NCBI GenBank assembly: GCA_947089915.1
Contig: CAMUMB010000001.1
Span: forward strand, 1,581-65,580
DNA: 64,000 nt
From: an uncultured Bacillales bacterium
Lineage (GTDB): Bacteria > Bacillota_I > Bacilli_A > RF39 > UBA660
Reading direction: 5' to 3'
A model generated the notes under the pieces. That model searched no databases and was not told where the DNA came from. It saw only the letters and a program-made list of their open reading frames with translations. The translations under genes were made by a program, and so were the position numbers. Shown here piece by piece: positions 30,170-40,349 of this stretch (the stretch's first letter is position 1; each line of letters begins with the position of its first letter).

Positions 30170-31111
30170 CTACTCTAAATTTTTTCTAAATTCTTTTAAT
30201 GCTTGTAAAAATTCTTCATTTTCCTTTATTTCAGGGCTGATTGGTGGCATATCTAATGTCTGTTCCAAACCATCAATTTTCATATGCGTATGAAACCCAT
30301 AATCTTCTAAGTAATCATTGATTTGATTTTCCTCTAATTCTTGTTCAAATGTCTCAATGATATCCTCTTTATCATCTTCATTTTTTATATCATAAGGGTG
30401 CTGTTCTGCTTTTTGAGATTGAAAAGAGGGCACTTTAGGATATTCAAAATGTTCTTCCATTTTCCCATAGATTGGTGAAATAAAATCGGTGTTTTTGAAC
30501 TTTCTTACAGCCGGTGTTTCTTTTGGTTTTTCTTCAAAAGTATCTGAGATTTTTTCATTTAATATATGTTGTGTCGCTGGCATCGGAACTGCTTCTTCCT
30601 CTGCTTTTGATATTACTTCTTCTGCTACTGGTTCTTTTACATCAATCTTAGCTACATTATTTTCCTTGTTAATTGTTTTTACTAGTTCCTGATAGCTAAT
30701 AATTGATTTTTCTTCTTGTTCTTTTTCAAAAGTTTCCACCACATCTTCTGATTTTGCCTCTAAATCCTGTTGCATCTTTTCTAGCATTTCTTCTATTTCT
30801 GATTTTTTCTCTACAAAATTCTTTTGTGGTTCTTCCATCTTTGTTTCAACCATTTCTACCTGTGTTTCTAGTTCTTCTGCTTTCCTATCTACTACTTGTG
30901 ATTCTGATAGTTCTACTTTCTTCACTTCTTCTAATTGTGGCTTGGCTTTTTTTTCTGTCATTGCACTCATAAGTTCGTTAATCTCTTCTTTATCTTTTTT
31001 TCGATCTTTTACAATAATATAAATCACATTCCCTACCAATAGAAGAATTACAAAAGCAGCAATTACTAACATAATTTGATTGTTAATATCTATATCAATC
31101 ATACACTTCAC
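30170..31111 (-). CDS. Membrane-anchored, highly acidic (Glu/Lys-rich) protein of unknown function
   Basis: N-terminal TM (IMLVIAAFVILLLVGNVIYIIV) followed by a low-complexity E/K-rich region. 4-nt overlap with rsmE. Confidence 0.45.
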   Translation of the reverse strand: MKCMIDIDINNQIMLVIAAFVILLLVGNVIYIIVKDRKKDKEEINELMSAMTEKKAKPQLEEVKKVELSESQVVDRKAEELETQVEMVETKMEEPQKNFVEKKSEIEEMLEKMQQDLEAKSEDVVETFEKEQEEKSIISYQELVKTINKENNVAKIDVKEPVAEEVISKAEEEAVPMPATQHILNEKISDTFEEKPKETPAVRKFKNTDFISPIYGKMEEHFEYPKVPSFQSQKAEQHPYDIKNEDDKEDIIETFEQELEENQINDYLEDYGFHTHMKIDGLEQTLDMPPISPEIKENEEFLQALKEFRKNLE

Positions 31112-31821
31112 TCCATATAATAAAAATTAAGTACACTTAAAATATACATTGGTACTGTTTCTACACGCATAATACGATTGCCTAGTGAAACAGAAATAAA
31201 TCCTAATTCGTTCCACTTTTTTTCTTCTAAGGGAGAAAATCCGCCTTCAGGACCAATCGCTATATTTATTCTATCACAAGTTGTATTTGAATTCAAAACA
31301 AAACGAATATTTCTTTGTGTCTCAGCTGTACTACAAATGAGACTTAGTCCTTCTAGCATTTTCATATTTTTTGGATTTTGGATGGGAAGAATCTCTGGAA
31401 TATCTATACGGTAAGATTGTTCACTCGCTTCTTTACAAATTCGCTTCCATCTTTCTAACTTTTTATCTTCTTTTTCTTCTTTTCGCTTGATAATACTACG
31501 TTCTGTTTCGATTGGGATAATTTTATTTACACCTAATTCGGTTGCTTTTTGGAGAATTAAATCCATTTTTTGTTCTTTTAAAAGAGGTATCAACAATGTA
31601 ATTTTAGGCATTCTATTTTCTTTTACTTCTAACTCTTTTTCCACCATAATTTGGATATTTGTATTTACATTTTCTAGACAACATAAATACACTTTTGTGC
31701 CATACACAACTTGTATTTTGTCATGCTCATCCATTCGCATCACAGTTTTGATATGATAGATGTCTTCTTCATTTAGAATCAATTGATTATCTATTTTTTG
31801 TTTGGCAAAATATCGTTGCAT
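31108..31821 (-). CDS. rsmE: 16S rRNA (uracil1498-N3)-methyltransferase RsmE
   Basis: MQRYF.. N-terminus and SPOUT fold motifs (GPEGGFS). ATG at 31821 has GGAGG SD. The ORF-track TTG start at 31836 has none. Confidence 0.8.
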   Translation of the reverse strand: MQRYFAKQKIDNQLILNEEDIYHIKTVMRMDEHDKIQVVYGTKVYLCCLENVNTNIQIMVEKELEVKENRMPKITLLIPLLKEQKMDLILQKATELGVNKIIPIETERSIIKRKEEKEDKKLERWKRICKEASEQSYRIDIPEILPIQNPKNMKMLEGLSLICSTAETQRNIRFVLNSNTTCDRINIAIGPEGGFSPLEEKKWNELGFISVSLGNRIMRVETVPMYILSVLNFYYME

Positions 31822-31926
31822 AAAGACTACCTCCAATGTTTTCTATTATAACATTTCTTATTGCAAAAGAAAATAGGTATTTTCTACCTATATTATATGC
31901 TTTCTTCTATTGATGCAGAAATAGTT

Positions 31927-32817
31927 TCATGGTAAGTTCGATTCAATCTTACTACATGCCATTTCAACAGTATTTTCAAAATATTCGAAATCAACATCAA
32001 TCCATTCCACATTCATTTGATGACGGAACCAGGTATATTGTCTTTTCGCATAATTACGGCTATGTTGTTTGATTTTGTCTAAGCAATTTTCTAATGTACG
32101 AAATCCACTAAAATAATCAAATAATTCTTTATAACCAATTGGTGCGATAATAGCCTTGGTACGTAATGGTTGTTCGTAAATTTGTCTTGCTTCTTCTAAT
32201 AGTCCGTTTTGCATCATAATATCGACTCTTTGATCAATTCTTTCATATAAAACTGATCTTTCTGTAGTAAGCCCAAGAACAATCGTTGGATAAAGTAATT
32301 GTTCCGCTTTTTCTTTTTTTTCTAAAATCTTTCCAGTTTGTTCATAATAAGAAAGAGCTCGTTCAATTCGTTTTCGGTTATTTGGATGAACCGTAGTATC
32401 TGGATTAATTTGTTTTAGTCGTTTATATAAAACAGATGTTTCTTCTGGATACGATATCACTCCATTTGTTTCTTCTTCTAATTTATAATCGTATAAAGCA
32501 GCTTTGATATAAAGGCCTGTTCCCCCTACTAAAATAGGCGTTTTATTACGGGATAAAATTTCCTCTATTTTGGTTCTACAATCTTTTTGATAATCATATA
32601 ATGTGTAGAGTTCATCCCAATCCTTAATATCAATTAAATGATGTGGAATATTTTTCTTTTCAGATTCAGTTACTTTGGCAGTCGCAATATCCATTTCTTT
32701 ATAGACTTGCGTACTATCTGCATTGATAATTTCTCCATTGTACTTTTTGGCAAGTTCAATGCTTAATTTGGTTTTACCAACCCCAGTAGGCCCCACAATG
32801 CAAATTATTTGATTCAT
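31927..32817 (-). CDS. miaA: tRNA dimethylallyltransferase MiaA
   Basis: P-loop [18 protein letters not shown]. 296 aa. Confidence 0.9.
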   Translation of the reverse strand: MNQIICIVGPTGVGKTKLSIELAKKYNGEIINADSTQVYKEMDIATAKVTESEKKNIPHHLIDIKDWDELYTLYDYQKDCRTKIEEILSRNKTPILVGGTGLYIKAALYDYKLEEETNGVISYPEETSVLYKRLKQINPDTTVHPNNRKRIERALSYYEQTGKILEKKEKAEQLLYPTIVLGLTTERSVLYERIDQRVDIMMQNGLLEEARQIYEQPLRTKAIIAPIGYKELFDYFSGFRTLENCLDKIKQHSRNYAKRQYTWFRHQMNVEWIDVDFEYFENTVEMACSKIESNLP

Positions 32818-32865
32818 ATGTCACTTCCTTTTAAATCCATCATATTTATCAATCAAATATATATA

Positions 32866-32894
32866 TTTACAATATCATAGACGTATAGTATAAT
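32866..32894 (+). promoter_or_regulatory. Sigma-A-type promoter TTTACA-N17-TATAAT, homologous to the promoters of the small-peptide modules at 8764/9154
   Basis: tatatttaca..atagtataat..tagg.tata is shared with 8758-8806. Confidence 0.45.
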
Positions 32895-32969
32895 GATTAT
32901 AGGTATACGAGATAGTTAGGTATTTTACTCAATTCTTCTGTCAAAGGCAGTAGAAAAGAGGTGATTTCT

Positions 32970-33059
32970 ATGATTTTTAAAATGATAGAAAGGTTTAATT
33001 CTTTTGGAATTAGTAGTTGCTTTTGTAGCTATTGTGTTTTACACAATCTTAGTACTTAA
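32970..33059 (+). CDS. Small ORF (29 aa, MIFKMIERFNSFGISSCFCSYCVLHNLST) at the position equivalent to the peptide ORF of the 8.6-9.5 kb modules. Possibly a degenerated toxin
   Basis: Strong SD AAGAGGTGA 6 nt upstream. Followed by hairpin terminator 33082-33118. Confidence 0.3.
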   Translation: MIFKMIERFNSFGISSCFCSYCVLHNLST

Positions 33060-33081
33060 AAATAAGGACTAATCTTAAATG

Positions 33082-33118
33082 AAAACACCGAATCAACATT
33101 GATTGCGGTGTTTTCCCA
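33082..33118. terminator. Hairpin AAAACACCGAATCAA-cat-TGATTGCGGTGTTTT, probable bidirectional terminator between the small ORF and the convergent antisense promoter
   Basis: 15-bp imperfect stem, T-rich on both sides. Confidence 0.4.
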
Positions 33119-33203
33119 TTCAATAAGAATAGAGAATACACTTAACAAGCGATATCAAGTATATCTCTTTTTTTATGATATGAAGTTTACTTCATCTATA
33201 TAC

Positions 33204-33232
33204 ATAATAACAGGTATTATTATATTTGTCAA
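33204..33232 (-). promoter_or_regulatory. Minus-strand sigma-A promoter TTGACA-N17-TATTAT, homologous to the antisense promoters at 9072-9100 and 9470-9498
   Basis: Flanked by the same ATGAAG-N4-CTTCAT hairpin (33179-33194) as the other copies. Confidence 0.45.
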
Positions 33233-33287
33233 ATTTTATATAGATTATTCATCTAAATAATAATTATTCTCTATCTACTTACAATTT

Positions 33288-34313
33288 TTAACGAATAAAC
33301 ATACTATCTCCAAATGAGAAAAAACGGTACTCATGTTTAACTGCTTCTTCATATGCATGCAGAATATGTTCTTTTCCAGCCAGGGCACTTACTAACATTA
33401 ATAATGTCGATTTTGGTAAATGAAAATTGGTAATCAGTGCATCAATTGCTTCAAATTGATATCCAGGATAGATAAAAATATCCGTCCAACCACTACACGC
33501 TTGAAAAGAATGATGCAATTTCATAACCGTTTCCAATACTCTAGTAGAAGTCGTTCCAACTGCAATAATTCTTCTTCCCTCTTTTTTAGCAAGATTTAGT
33601 GTATTAGCAGTTTCCTCATCCATTTGATAAAATTCACTATGCATTTGATGTTTGGTTACATCCTCTACTGAAACTGGACGAAAAGTGCCAAGTCCTACAT
33701 GTAAGGTAACATATAAAATTTGAATTCCTTTGTTAGCAAGATTCTCTAATAATTCATTGGTAAAATGAAGTCCAGCGGTTGGTGCTGCAGCACTTCCCTC
33801 ATTTTTGGCATATACGGTTTGATAACGATCTTTATTTTCCAATTTTTCATGAATATATGGAGGTAATGGCATTTCTCCTAATTGATCCAATATTTCATAT
33901 AAAATTCCTTCATACTGCAACTCAAAAATACGAATTCCCTCTTCTTTTATTTTGATACAAGTAGCTTTTAATAATCCATTTCCAAAAGAAATAGTAGTTC
34001 CAACTTTTACTCTTTTAGCAGGTTTTGTTAAACATTCCCATGTATCATTTTCTTTTTCTTTTAGTAGCAGTAATTCAATAGAGGCATTGGTTTCTTCCTT
34101 AATCCCATAAAGTCTTGCTGGAATAACCTTTGTATTGTTTAATACAAGTACATCTCCTTCTTGTAATTCCCCTAAAATATCATGAAACTGTTTATGTTGT
34201 ATCTCTCCTGTTTTCTTATCTAAAACAAGCATTTTTGAAGTATCTCTTTTTTCAATAGGAGTCTGGGCAATTAAATATTCTGGTAACTCATAATCGAAAT
34301 CTTCTGTTTTCAT
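33288..34313 (-). CDS. queA: S-adenosylmethionine:tRNA ribosyltransferase-isomerase QueA
   Basis: N-terminus [24 protein letters not shown]. 341 aa. Confidence 0.9.
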   Translation of the reverse strand: MKTEDFDYELPEYLIAQTPIEKRDTSKMLVLDKKTGEIQHKQFHDILGELQEGDVLVLNNTKVIPARLYGIKEETNASIELLLLKEKENDTWECLTKPAKRVKVGTTISFGNGLLKATCIKIKEEGIRIFELQYEGILYEILDQLGEMPLPPYIHEKLENKDRYQTVYAKNEGSAAAPTAGLHFTNELLENLANKGIQILYVTLHVGLGTFRPVSVEDVTKHQMHSEFYQMDEETANTLNLAKKEGRRIIAVGTTSTRVLETVMKLHHSFQACSGWTDIFIYPGYQFEAIDALITNFHLPKSTLLMLVSALAGKEHILHAYEEAVKHEYRFFSFGDSMFIR

Positions 34314-35046
34314 TTATCTCACCTGCTTTCTCTATTGAACACAGTGCTAATTTTAAACTATCTTGCGTATGGACTTTACTTTCTTTCCATTTCATTTCTG
34401 GATATAGCTCTTTTATTCGATTAAAAACCATATCCATATAAGGGTTTTCAAAATCAGAACAATATTGAATATACCCTGATTGATCTGGGTAGATTGTAAT
34501 ATGATAAAATCCAAGTATATTTCGGCAAGAAGCACCTACGTTAATTCCCCCTTTCATATAATTTTGATATATTTCAAATAATTCCTTATCATAAATTAAG
34601 GACTGATTTAAAATAAGTTCATCCATTTCTTCATGAAACAATCCTAGTTCTCTTGGAACATTATAAGAAACTCCATCAAAATCAACAACACAATCCTGCA
34701 AATTTTCAGGACTAATATATTGTTTTTTAAAGAAAACATCATTAACAGGTAAGTAATGATATTTTATTGATTGCGTTGATGTTTTCAAATATAATATTCC
34801 TTCCTCTACATACCATGTAGAATTCTGACGTAATAAAGGATTTACCATTTTATATCTAAGTTCAAATAACAAAAAGTCAAAATAGGGTTTAAAATGGTGA
34901 TAGTTTTTAGAAAATTCCTCAAATCTTATTCCATTATTTTCATTTTCTTCTACATAATTTTTACAAATACTTTCGGCAAACATACCCATTTCATAATAGG
35001 AAATTGTTATCCTTTTGTTCTCATCTGTAATAAATCCTGTTTCCAT
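34288..35046 (-). CDS. Hypothetical cytoplasmic protein (252 aa)
   Basis: Complete ORF overlapping the queA start by 26 nt. No family recognised. Confidence 0.4.
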   Translation of the reverse strand: METGFITDENKRITISYYEMGMFAESICKNYVEENENNGIRFEEFSKNYHHFKPYFDFLLFELRYKMVNPLLRQNSTWYVEEGILYLKTSTQSIKYHYLPVNDVFFKKQYISPENLQDCVVDFDGVSYNVPRELGLFHEEMDELILNQSLIYDKELFEIYQNYMKGGINVGASCRNILGFYHITIYPDQSGYIQYCSDFENPYMDMVFNRIKELYPEMKWKESKVHTQDSLKLALCSIEKAGEINENRRFRL

Positions 35047-35120
35047 ACACTACTCCGTTCTAGAACTTTATTCAACCAATGTTCTGTTTGTTCCTAATTG
35101 ACATCTTATATTTATAGCCT

Positions 35121-36128
35121 CTACTCAAATATATCTTTTTGATATGCAATTTTTAAATGTTCATATGCCAATTGGGTTACAATTCTGCCTCTACTCGTTC
35201 TTTTTAAAAAGCCAATTTGTAATAGATAAGGTTCATAAACATCTTCAATCGTCGTTTGTTCTTCTCCAATAGAAGAAGCAATAGCTTCAATTCCTACTGG
35301 GCCTCCATTAAACTTTTCAATAATTGATTTTAGCAAATGGTAATCGGTATCATCTAAGCCAATCGCATCTACTTTTAGTTTATCTAGTGCCATTTTTGTA
35401 ATTTCTAAAGTAATGGTTCCATCACCCATTACCATTGCAAAGTCCCTCACACGTTTGAGTAATCGATTGGCAATTCTAGGTGTTCCTCTACTACGTCTAG
35501 CAAGTTCAATTGCAGCATCTTCTTCAATCTCTGCTTCTAAAACACGACCAGTTCGTTTGACAATCTTAGTTAGCTCTTCAACAGTATAATATTGTAGTTT
35601 AGAAACAATTCCAAAACGGTCTCTTAATGGGCTTGATAAATCACCTGCCCTTGTGGTTGCACCTACTAATGTAAATGGTGGTAAATCAATTCGAATATTT
35701 TTTGAAGTGGATTCACTGCCAATCACAATATCCAAAACAAAATCTTCCATAGCAGAATATAAAATTTCTTCTATATATCTTGGCATTCTATGAATTTCAT
35801 CGATGAATAAAACATCGCCTGGTTCTAATGTAGATAAAATAGCGGCCAAATCTCCACTTTTTTCAATGGATGGACCGCTTGCTGTTTTGATGTTACTACC
35901 TAGTTCATTTGCAATAATATAAGCTAAGGTTGTTTTTCCAAGTCCTGGGGGACCATATAGTAATACATGATCCAAAGGTTCTTCTCTCATTTTAGCCGCT
36001 TTGATAAAAATATCTAAATTTTCTTTCACTTCTTTTTGCCCAATATATTCTTCTAAACAATCAGGGCGAATATTTGCTTCAAGTTTATCTTCATTTAGTT
36101 CTTCATTTGTTAAAATTCTGTCTTCCAT
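35121..36128 (-). CDS. ruvB: Holliday junction branch-migration ATPase RuvB
   Basis: Walker [15 protein letters not shown]+ sensor motifs. 335 aa. Confidence 0.93.
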   Translation of the reverse strand: MEDRILTNEELNEDKLEANIRPDCLEEYIGQKEVKENLDIFIKAAKMREEPLDHVLLYGPPGLGKTTLAYIIANELGSNIKTASGPSIEKSGDLAAILSTLEPGDVLFIDEIHRMPRYIEEILYSAMEDFVLDIVIGSESTSKNIRIDLPPFTLVGATTRAGDLSSPLRDRFGIVSKLQYYTVEELTKIVKRTGRVLEAEIEEDAAIELARRSRGTPRIANRLLKRVRDFAMVMGDGTITLEITKMALDKLKVDAIGLDDTDYHLLKSIIEKFNGGPVGIEAIASSIGEEQTTIEDVYEPYLLQIGFLKRTSRGRIVTQLAYEHLKIAYQKDIFE

Positions 36129-36140
36129 GTCATTCCTCCT

Positions 36141-36695
36141 TTATTTTAGTAATAATTTAAGTGCTTCTTTCACCTGTTCTTCTATTTTTAATGAAGAATC
36201 AATTTTTGGAATTACATTCTTTATATCCCCTTGTTTATATCCTAGTGCTTTTAATGTCTCAACTAATTCTTCATTCGTACTCGTATTTTGAATGGTTTCT
36301 TGACTTACTAATTTTCCCTTTAAATCTAGAATAATTTGTCTTGCCACTTTGTCCCCAATTTTAGGAAATTTTTTCAAATATAAAATATTCTCCCTTTCAA
36401 TCGCATCGATAATACCTTCTATAGAGCCTGTCGCAAGCATAGGTAAAGCCATTTTGCAACCTAATCCTTTGACATTAATTAATTTTAAAAATAAATCTTT
36501 TTCTTCTTTATTTGCAAATCCATAAAGAGAAATTTCATCTTCTCTCACATATTGATAAATATATATTTGATACATCTCATTTAAATGAAAAGCATAGGGG
36601 TTTCCTGTGTAAATTAAATAGCCAATACCCTCTTGTTCTAAAACAATATAACTGCTTTCTACTTGTGTTATTGTTCCCTTTATATATTCATACAT
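36141..36695 (-). CDS. ruvA: Holliday junction DNA helicase subunit RuvA
   Basis: N-terminal OB fold MYEYIKGTI.., HhH motifs (GLGCKMALPML). 184 aa. Immediately upstream of ruvB. Confidence 0.85.
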   Translation of the reverse strand: MYEYIKGTITQVESSYIVLEQEGIGYLIYTGNPYAFHLNEMYQIYIYQYVREDEISLYGFANKEEKDLFLKLINVKGLGCKMALPMLATGSIEGIIDAIERENILYLKKFPKIGDKVARQIILDLKGKLVSQETIQNTSTNEELVETLKALGYKQGDIKNVIPKIDSSLKIEEQVKEALKLLLK

Positions 36696-36760
36696 AAAAT
36701 CACCTTATATTCATTATACCATAGCTTTGTTCGTTCTATTAAAAAAATGACAAATAGTTG

Positions 36761-37021
36761 TCATTCAAAATTTATAGTTTCTCTTTCTCCACATTTTACT
36801 TTCTTCTTATCGGTAGCGTTATTTAATATACTTAATTCTGTATCTGTTAATGTATGATTTTGGAAGAATTCTTCTATTTGTGTGTTTTGTTTTTCTAATT
36901 GTCTTTGATATTCCTGCCTAATTTCTTCTTTTGACGGAATACCAACTAGTTTTTCCGCTTCGTTTTGAAAAGTCATTAATTCCTCACGAATTTGATTTTC
37001 TTTTTCTTTACAATTTATCAA
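36761..37021 (-). CDS. Hypothetical small coiled-coil protein (86 aa)
   Basis: Complete ORF. No similarity recognised. Confidence 0.3.
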   Translation of the reverse strand: MINCKEKENQIREELMTFQNEAEKLVGIPSKEEIRQEYQRQLEKQNTQIEEFFQNHTLTDTELSILNNATDKKKVKCGERETINFE

Positions 37022-37220
37022 TTGTTTTCGCTATGTATTAGTTTATGCGTGATGTTTACATAAATCAATATCAAAATAGCCTATAAAAATTATTATTTTC
37101 AATATCATCACGCACTAACTAGGACAGAACGATTGTTTTTGTAATTGCACAATATTCACTTTATCTAATTTCATATTCAACTGTTCTAATTCTGCATACG
37201 TCTTGGGAAAATTTTACAAG

Positions 37221-37541
37221 CTATTTTTTCAAAATTCCTATTGTTTCTAAGAAAGCAATGGTTCCTACTCCTCCGAAACCAATTAAGACAAATCCTAAAA
37301 TTTGTATTATTGGATTACTACTTACAATAACAACAAAAATAACATCAAGAAATACTAACAATAGACAAGGATAGAGCATTCTATCCCATTGTAAAGAAAT
37401 ATCTAATTTAATCTTCTCTCTTTCCAATTTTTCGTATTGTGATATCTTTTCTGTTAATTTTTGATTACGATTTACTAACTTTTGATATAAATCATCTAAT
37501 TTCTGTAATTTTTCATTTATTGTATTCACAAATATCCCCAT
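37221..37541 (-). CDS. Small membrane protein with N-terminal coiled coil (106 aa)
   Basis: 2 C-terminal TM helices. Abuts downstream membrane-protein gene (2-nt gap). Confidence 0.4.
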   Translation of the reverse strand: MGIFVNTINEKLQKLDDLYQKLVNRNQKLTEKISQYEKLEREKIKLDISLQWDRMLYPCLLLVFLDVIFVVIVSSNPIIQILGFVLIGFGGVGTIAFLETIGILKK

Positions 37542-37543
37542 AA

Positions 37544-38680
37544 CTAATCCTTATGATATCGATTATCTAAAGAATTGTCAATTTCATTTTTCTTGTTTTC
37601 TACAATCGTACTTTGGTACGTAGTTTGTAATAAGGTATCATAAAATCGATTTTTCCTTTTGATTAGCCAAATAAAATTAATGATATAGAACAAGAAAATA
37701 AATAATAATCCTAAAAAGCATATCAAAATGGAAGTAGCAGAATTAGGATTTATCTTATTTATAAAATAAACTACACCATATATTATTCCAATCGGAATTC
37801 CAAAATAATAAAAATACAAAATGATATGTCTAAGCAAAATACGAATAAATTTCATATTTGGAGTTTCAAAGGAAACATTTAAAAATTGACTACCTAATGT
37901 TTTTCCATTGGAAAGTAATGGTATGATACCATGATAGATTACAAAAATAATCAAGAATAATTTTATCTTACCAAAAAGAATCATCATTAGAAGAATACCA
38001 TTATAAATAGCGAAATCTAAGCAAAATACAGTTATTCTGCGAAAGCCAGAAACCTGTTTTCCAATTTGAAATGCTTCTTTATCTATTCTATCCCTCGTTG
38101 GTAAAAAACGAGAAAAGATTCCCATGAAAGAATATCCAAGCAATCCGCCTAGTGTATTAATGAGTAAATCATCTACATCAAAAATACGATATGGGTATGG
38201 ATACATGAAATAAAGTCCTGTTAATTGTGTTATTTCAAAGAAAAAACTCAGTAAAAAACTATACCCTAATACATGTTTGAAGTCACACTTGAAATAATAT
38301 CTTAAATACATACCTAACGGAACAAACATAAACAAATTAAATATTACTGTATAGACACAAGGTTCTAATAATGCTTTTAAATAAGTAGATGGATTACAGA
38401 TTACAAAAGAGGTTTCTTTGATAAAATCCAAAATAAAGGTAAATGGAACCAACCTTATCATATCTGGTTTCCATACTACTGTTTCTAATTTTGGCAGTGG
38501 TAAAATGACTAAAAAATAAATACTAATAAGATAAAGAATAAATGAATAGATAATGAAAACACGTAATTTATGAATAGACCCATACTTATGATATTGATGT
38601 AAAATAAAAGGAATGGTAAATAATAGAGCAATAAAGGGAAATACAATGATTGCTTTTTCAATGGAATTGATATAACTCAT
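37544..38680 (-). CDS. Polytopic membrane protein, VanZ-like N-terminal region with RDD-like C-terminal region
   Basis: 378 aa, about 9 TM. ..LINTLGGLLGYSFMGIF.. (VanZ-like) and ..FRRITVFCLDFAIYNGILL.. (RDD-like). Confidence 0.45.
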   Translation of the reverse strand: MSYINSIEKAIIVFPFIALLFTIPFILHQYHKYGSIHKLRVFIIYSFILYLISIYFLVILPLPKLETVVWKPDMIRLVPFTFILDFIKETSFVICNPSTYLKALLEPCVYTVIFNLFMFVPLGMYLRYYFKCDFKHVLGYSFLLSFFFEITQLTGLYFMYPYPYRIFDVDDLLINTLGGLLGYSFMGIFSRFLPTRDRIDKEAFQIGKQVSGFRRITVFCLDFAIYNGILLMMILFGKIKLFLIIFVIYHGIIPLLSNGKTLGSQFLNVSFETPNMKFIRILLRHIILYFYYFGIPIGIIYGVVYFINKINPNSATSILICFLGLLFIFLFYIINFIWLIKRKNRFYDTLLQTTYQSTIVENKKNEIDNSLDNRYHKD

Positions 38681-38780
38681 AGATATGCTACACCTCCTTT
38701 ATCTGTATTAGTATAGCACGCTTCTATCTATAAATAAGTTACAATATTGTAAGAATAAAAGAAAAAATAGAATTTTATTT

Positions 38781-39479
38781 CTATTTTAATATATATGTTT
38801 TTGGAATTTCATAACTTTGAAGTTCTTCTTCAATCGGTAGTTTTTTACTATCAAACCCAAAATCTTTAATATTAATATATCTAGTTGGTCCCTCTTTTTC
38901 GCTATTATGAGCAAATAATACGAATGAGGCTTTCTCATCATCAATTCGAGTAGAAATCACACTAATGCAACAATCATCATACTCATTATACTCATTACAC
39001 AAGGATTCTCCTCGAAATTTAATTATTCCATCAGTATAGCATTTTGTAATCTCTATAATTTTTCCTTCTCTATTCCTAACAACAAAATGACGGTTGTTTA
39101 AAAAGTAAAGGTTATTTTCAAAACGTATTAGATTAACCTTTAAATCCTCTAATTTTCTTGCATTTTCAAGATACGTTTTTAAAAGTGTAATATCATCAGA
39201 TAATTCATCTAAAGTTTGAAATACAGATTCATCAGCAAAATCCATACTATCAAATTCTTCTTTATGCTCTCTTACATACTTTATCATATCTGGATTTTTT
39301 TCTACTAATGTTACTAAATCATTTTTTCCATACAAGGTTGCTCGTTGGATTAATGTTATACGATCAGGAATACTCCTTATATCTGCTACAAAGTTTATAA
39401 CAGGTTCAATTCCCTCTGTTTTAACACATTCAAATAAACGACGCCATCCTGTACTATCTAATGTTCTCTTAATTTCCAT
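38781..39479 (-). CDS. Hypothetical cytoplasmic protein (232 aa)
   Basis: Complete ORF with RBS. No family recognised. Confidence 0.4.
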   Translation of the reverse strand: MEIKRTLDSTGWRRLFECVKTEGIEPVINFVADIRSIPDRITLIQRATLYGKNDLVTLVEKNPDMIKYVREHKEEFDSMDFADESVFQTLDELSDDITLLKTYLENARKLEDLKVNLIRFENNLYFLNNRHFVVRNREGKIIEITKCYTDGIIKFRGESLCNEYNEYDDCCISVISTRIDDEKASFVLFAHNSEKEGPTRYINIKDFGFDSKKLPIEEELQSYEIPKTYILK

Positions 39480-39505
39480 ATCAAAACTCCCCTATCAAAA
39501 TTTTT

Positions 39506-39718
39506 TTAAAATCCTAGTATAAAACAGATTACAAAGAATGCAGCACCTAAACAAAATGTTAATCTTGTAATAAATAATTCTCCACCACGTTCTTTTCTAT
39601 TTTTAAATAGACTGTCATTTCCACCTGTTAAAGCATTAGATGCACTTTCTGCTTTGGCAGCTTGTAATAATACAATCGCAATTAATAAAACTGATACAAC
39701 TAATAATAGAGTCTTCAT
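39506..39718 (-). CDS. secG: Preprotein translocase subunit SecG
   Basis: MKTLLLVVSVLLIAIVLLQAAKAE..GG....LFKNRKERGGELFITRLT..LGAAFFVICFILGF matches the SecG two-TM pattern. GGAGG SD before ATG 39718. Confidence 0.7.
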   Translation of the reverse strand: MKTLLLVVSVLLIAIVLLQAAKAESASNALTGGNDSLFKNRKERGGELFITRLTFCLGAAFFVICFILGF

Positions 39719-39773
39719 ATTTGACCTCCTAACTCCTAATAAGATACCATATTTGAATCGAAAATGCAACTAT

Positions 39774-40349
39774 TCAATCATTTTCATATTGAATTTCAAT
39801 ATAATAAGAATCCATTACACTTAAATTTACTTGTACGATTTGATTTTCTTTTTGAATGGCTTTGAACTGACATATTCCTTCTAACGAAGAATTCCATAAA
39901 TTACATTCCATTTCATATTCTATTTTTTTACTTCCATCTTTATAACTTGTAGTAGAATTGATAATGCCATTTTTGATAAAAGAAGAAAGTTGTCTTGGAG
40001 AAAATAAATTCCAGTCAAATGTTGAGACGACATTGTTATTTTCATCTACAATCATTTCATCAATAATTCTATATGTCTGATTTTGTCCTTCTACTAAAAA
40101 TGTTTCTTCTTTCATTTTACTTCCATAAATATGATAAATTTTGTTTTCATTTTCAATTGTCATAACATAATGGTACTGATTCCATCTTTCATATTGTTCT
40201 TCTACTGTATAACTTATTTTAGAAGATGTTTGAATATTTAATAACAAGAAGATTATTCCAAAAAATAATGCATAAAGACCAATTTGCAATAACGCACGAC
40301 CTCTTGGATTTTTCCACAATGTTTTTATTGTTCCAAAAAATGTTTTCAT
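39774..40349 (-). CDS. Membrane-anchored protein of unknown function (191 aa)
   Basis: N-terminal TM, extracytoplasmic domain. 4-nt overlap with fmt. Confidence 0.4.
   Translation of the reverse strand: MKTFFGTIKTLWKNPRGRALLQIGLYALFFGIIFLLLNIQTSSKISYTVEEQYERWNQYHYVMTIENENKIYHIYGSKMKEETFLVEGQNQTYRIIDEMIVDENNNVVSTFDWNLFSPRQLSSFIKNGIINSTTSYKDGSKKIEYEMECNLWNSSLEGICQFKAIQKENQIVQVNLSVMDSYYIEIQYEND

Noticed and set aside
30489-30972. Plus-strand ORFs inside the acidic-protein gene
   Set aside because: Leu/Phe/Ser-rich low-complexity translations of the antisense of an E/K-rich gene. No start context.
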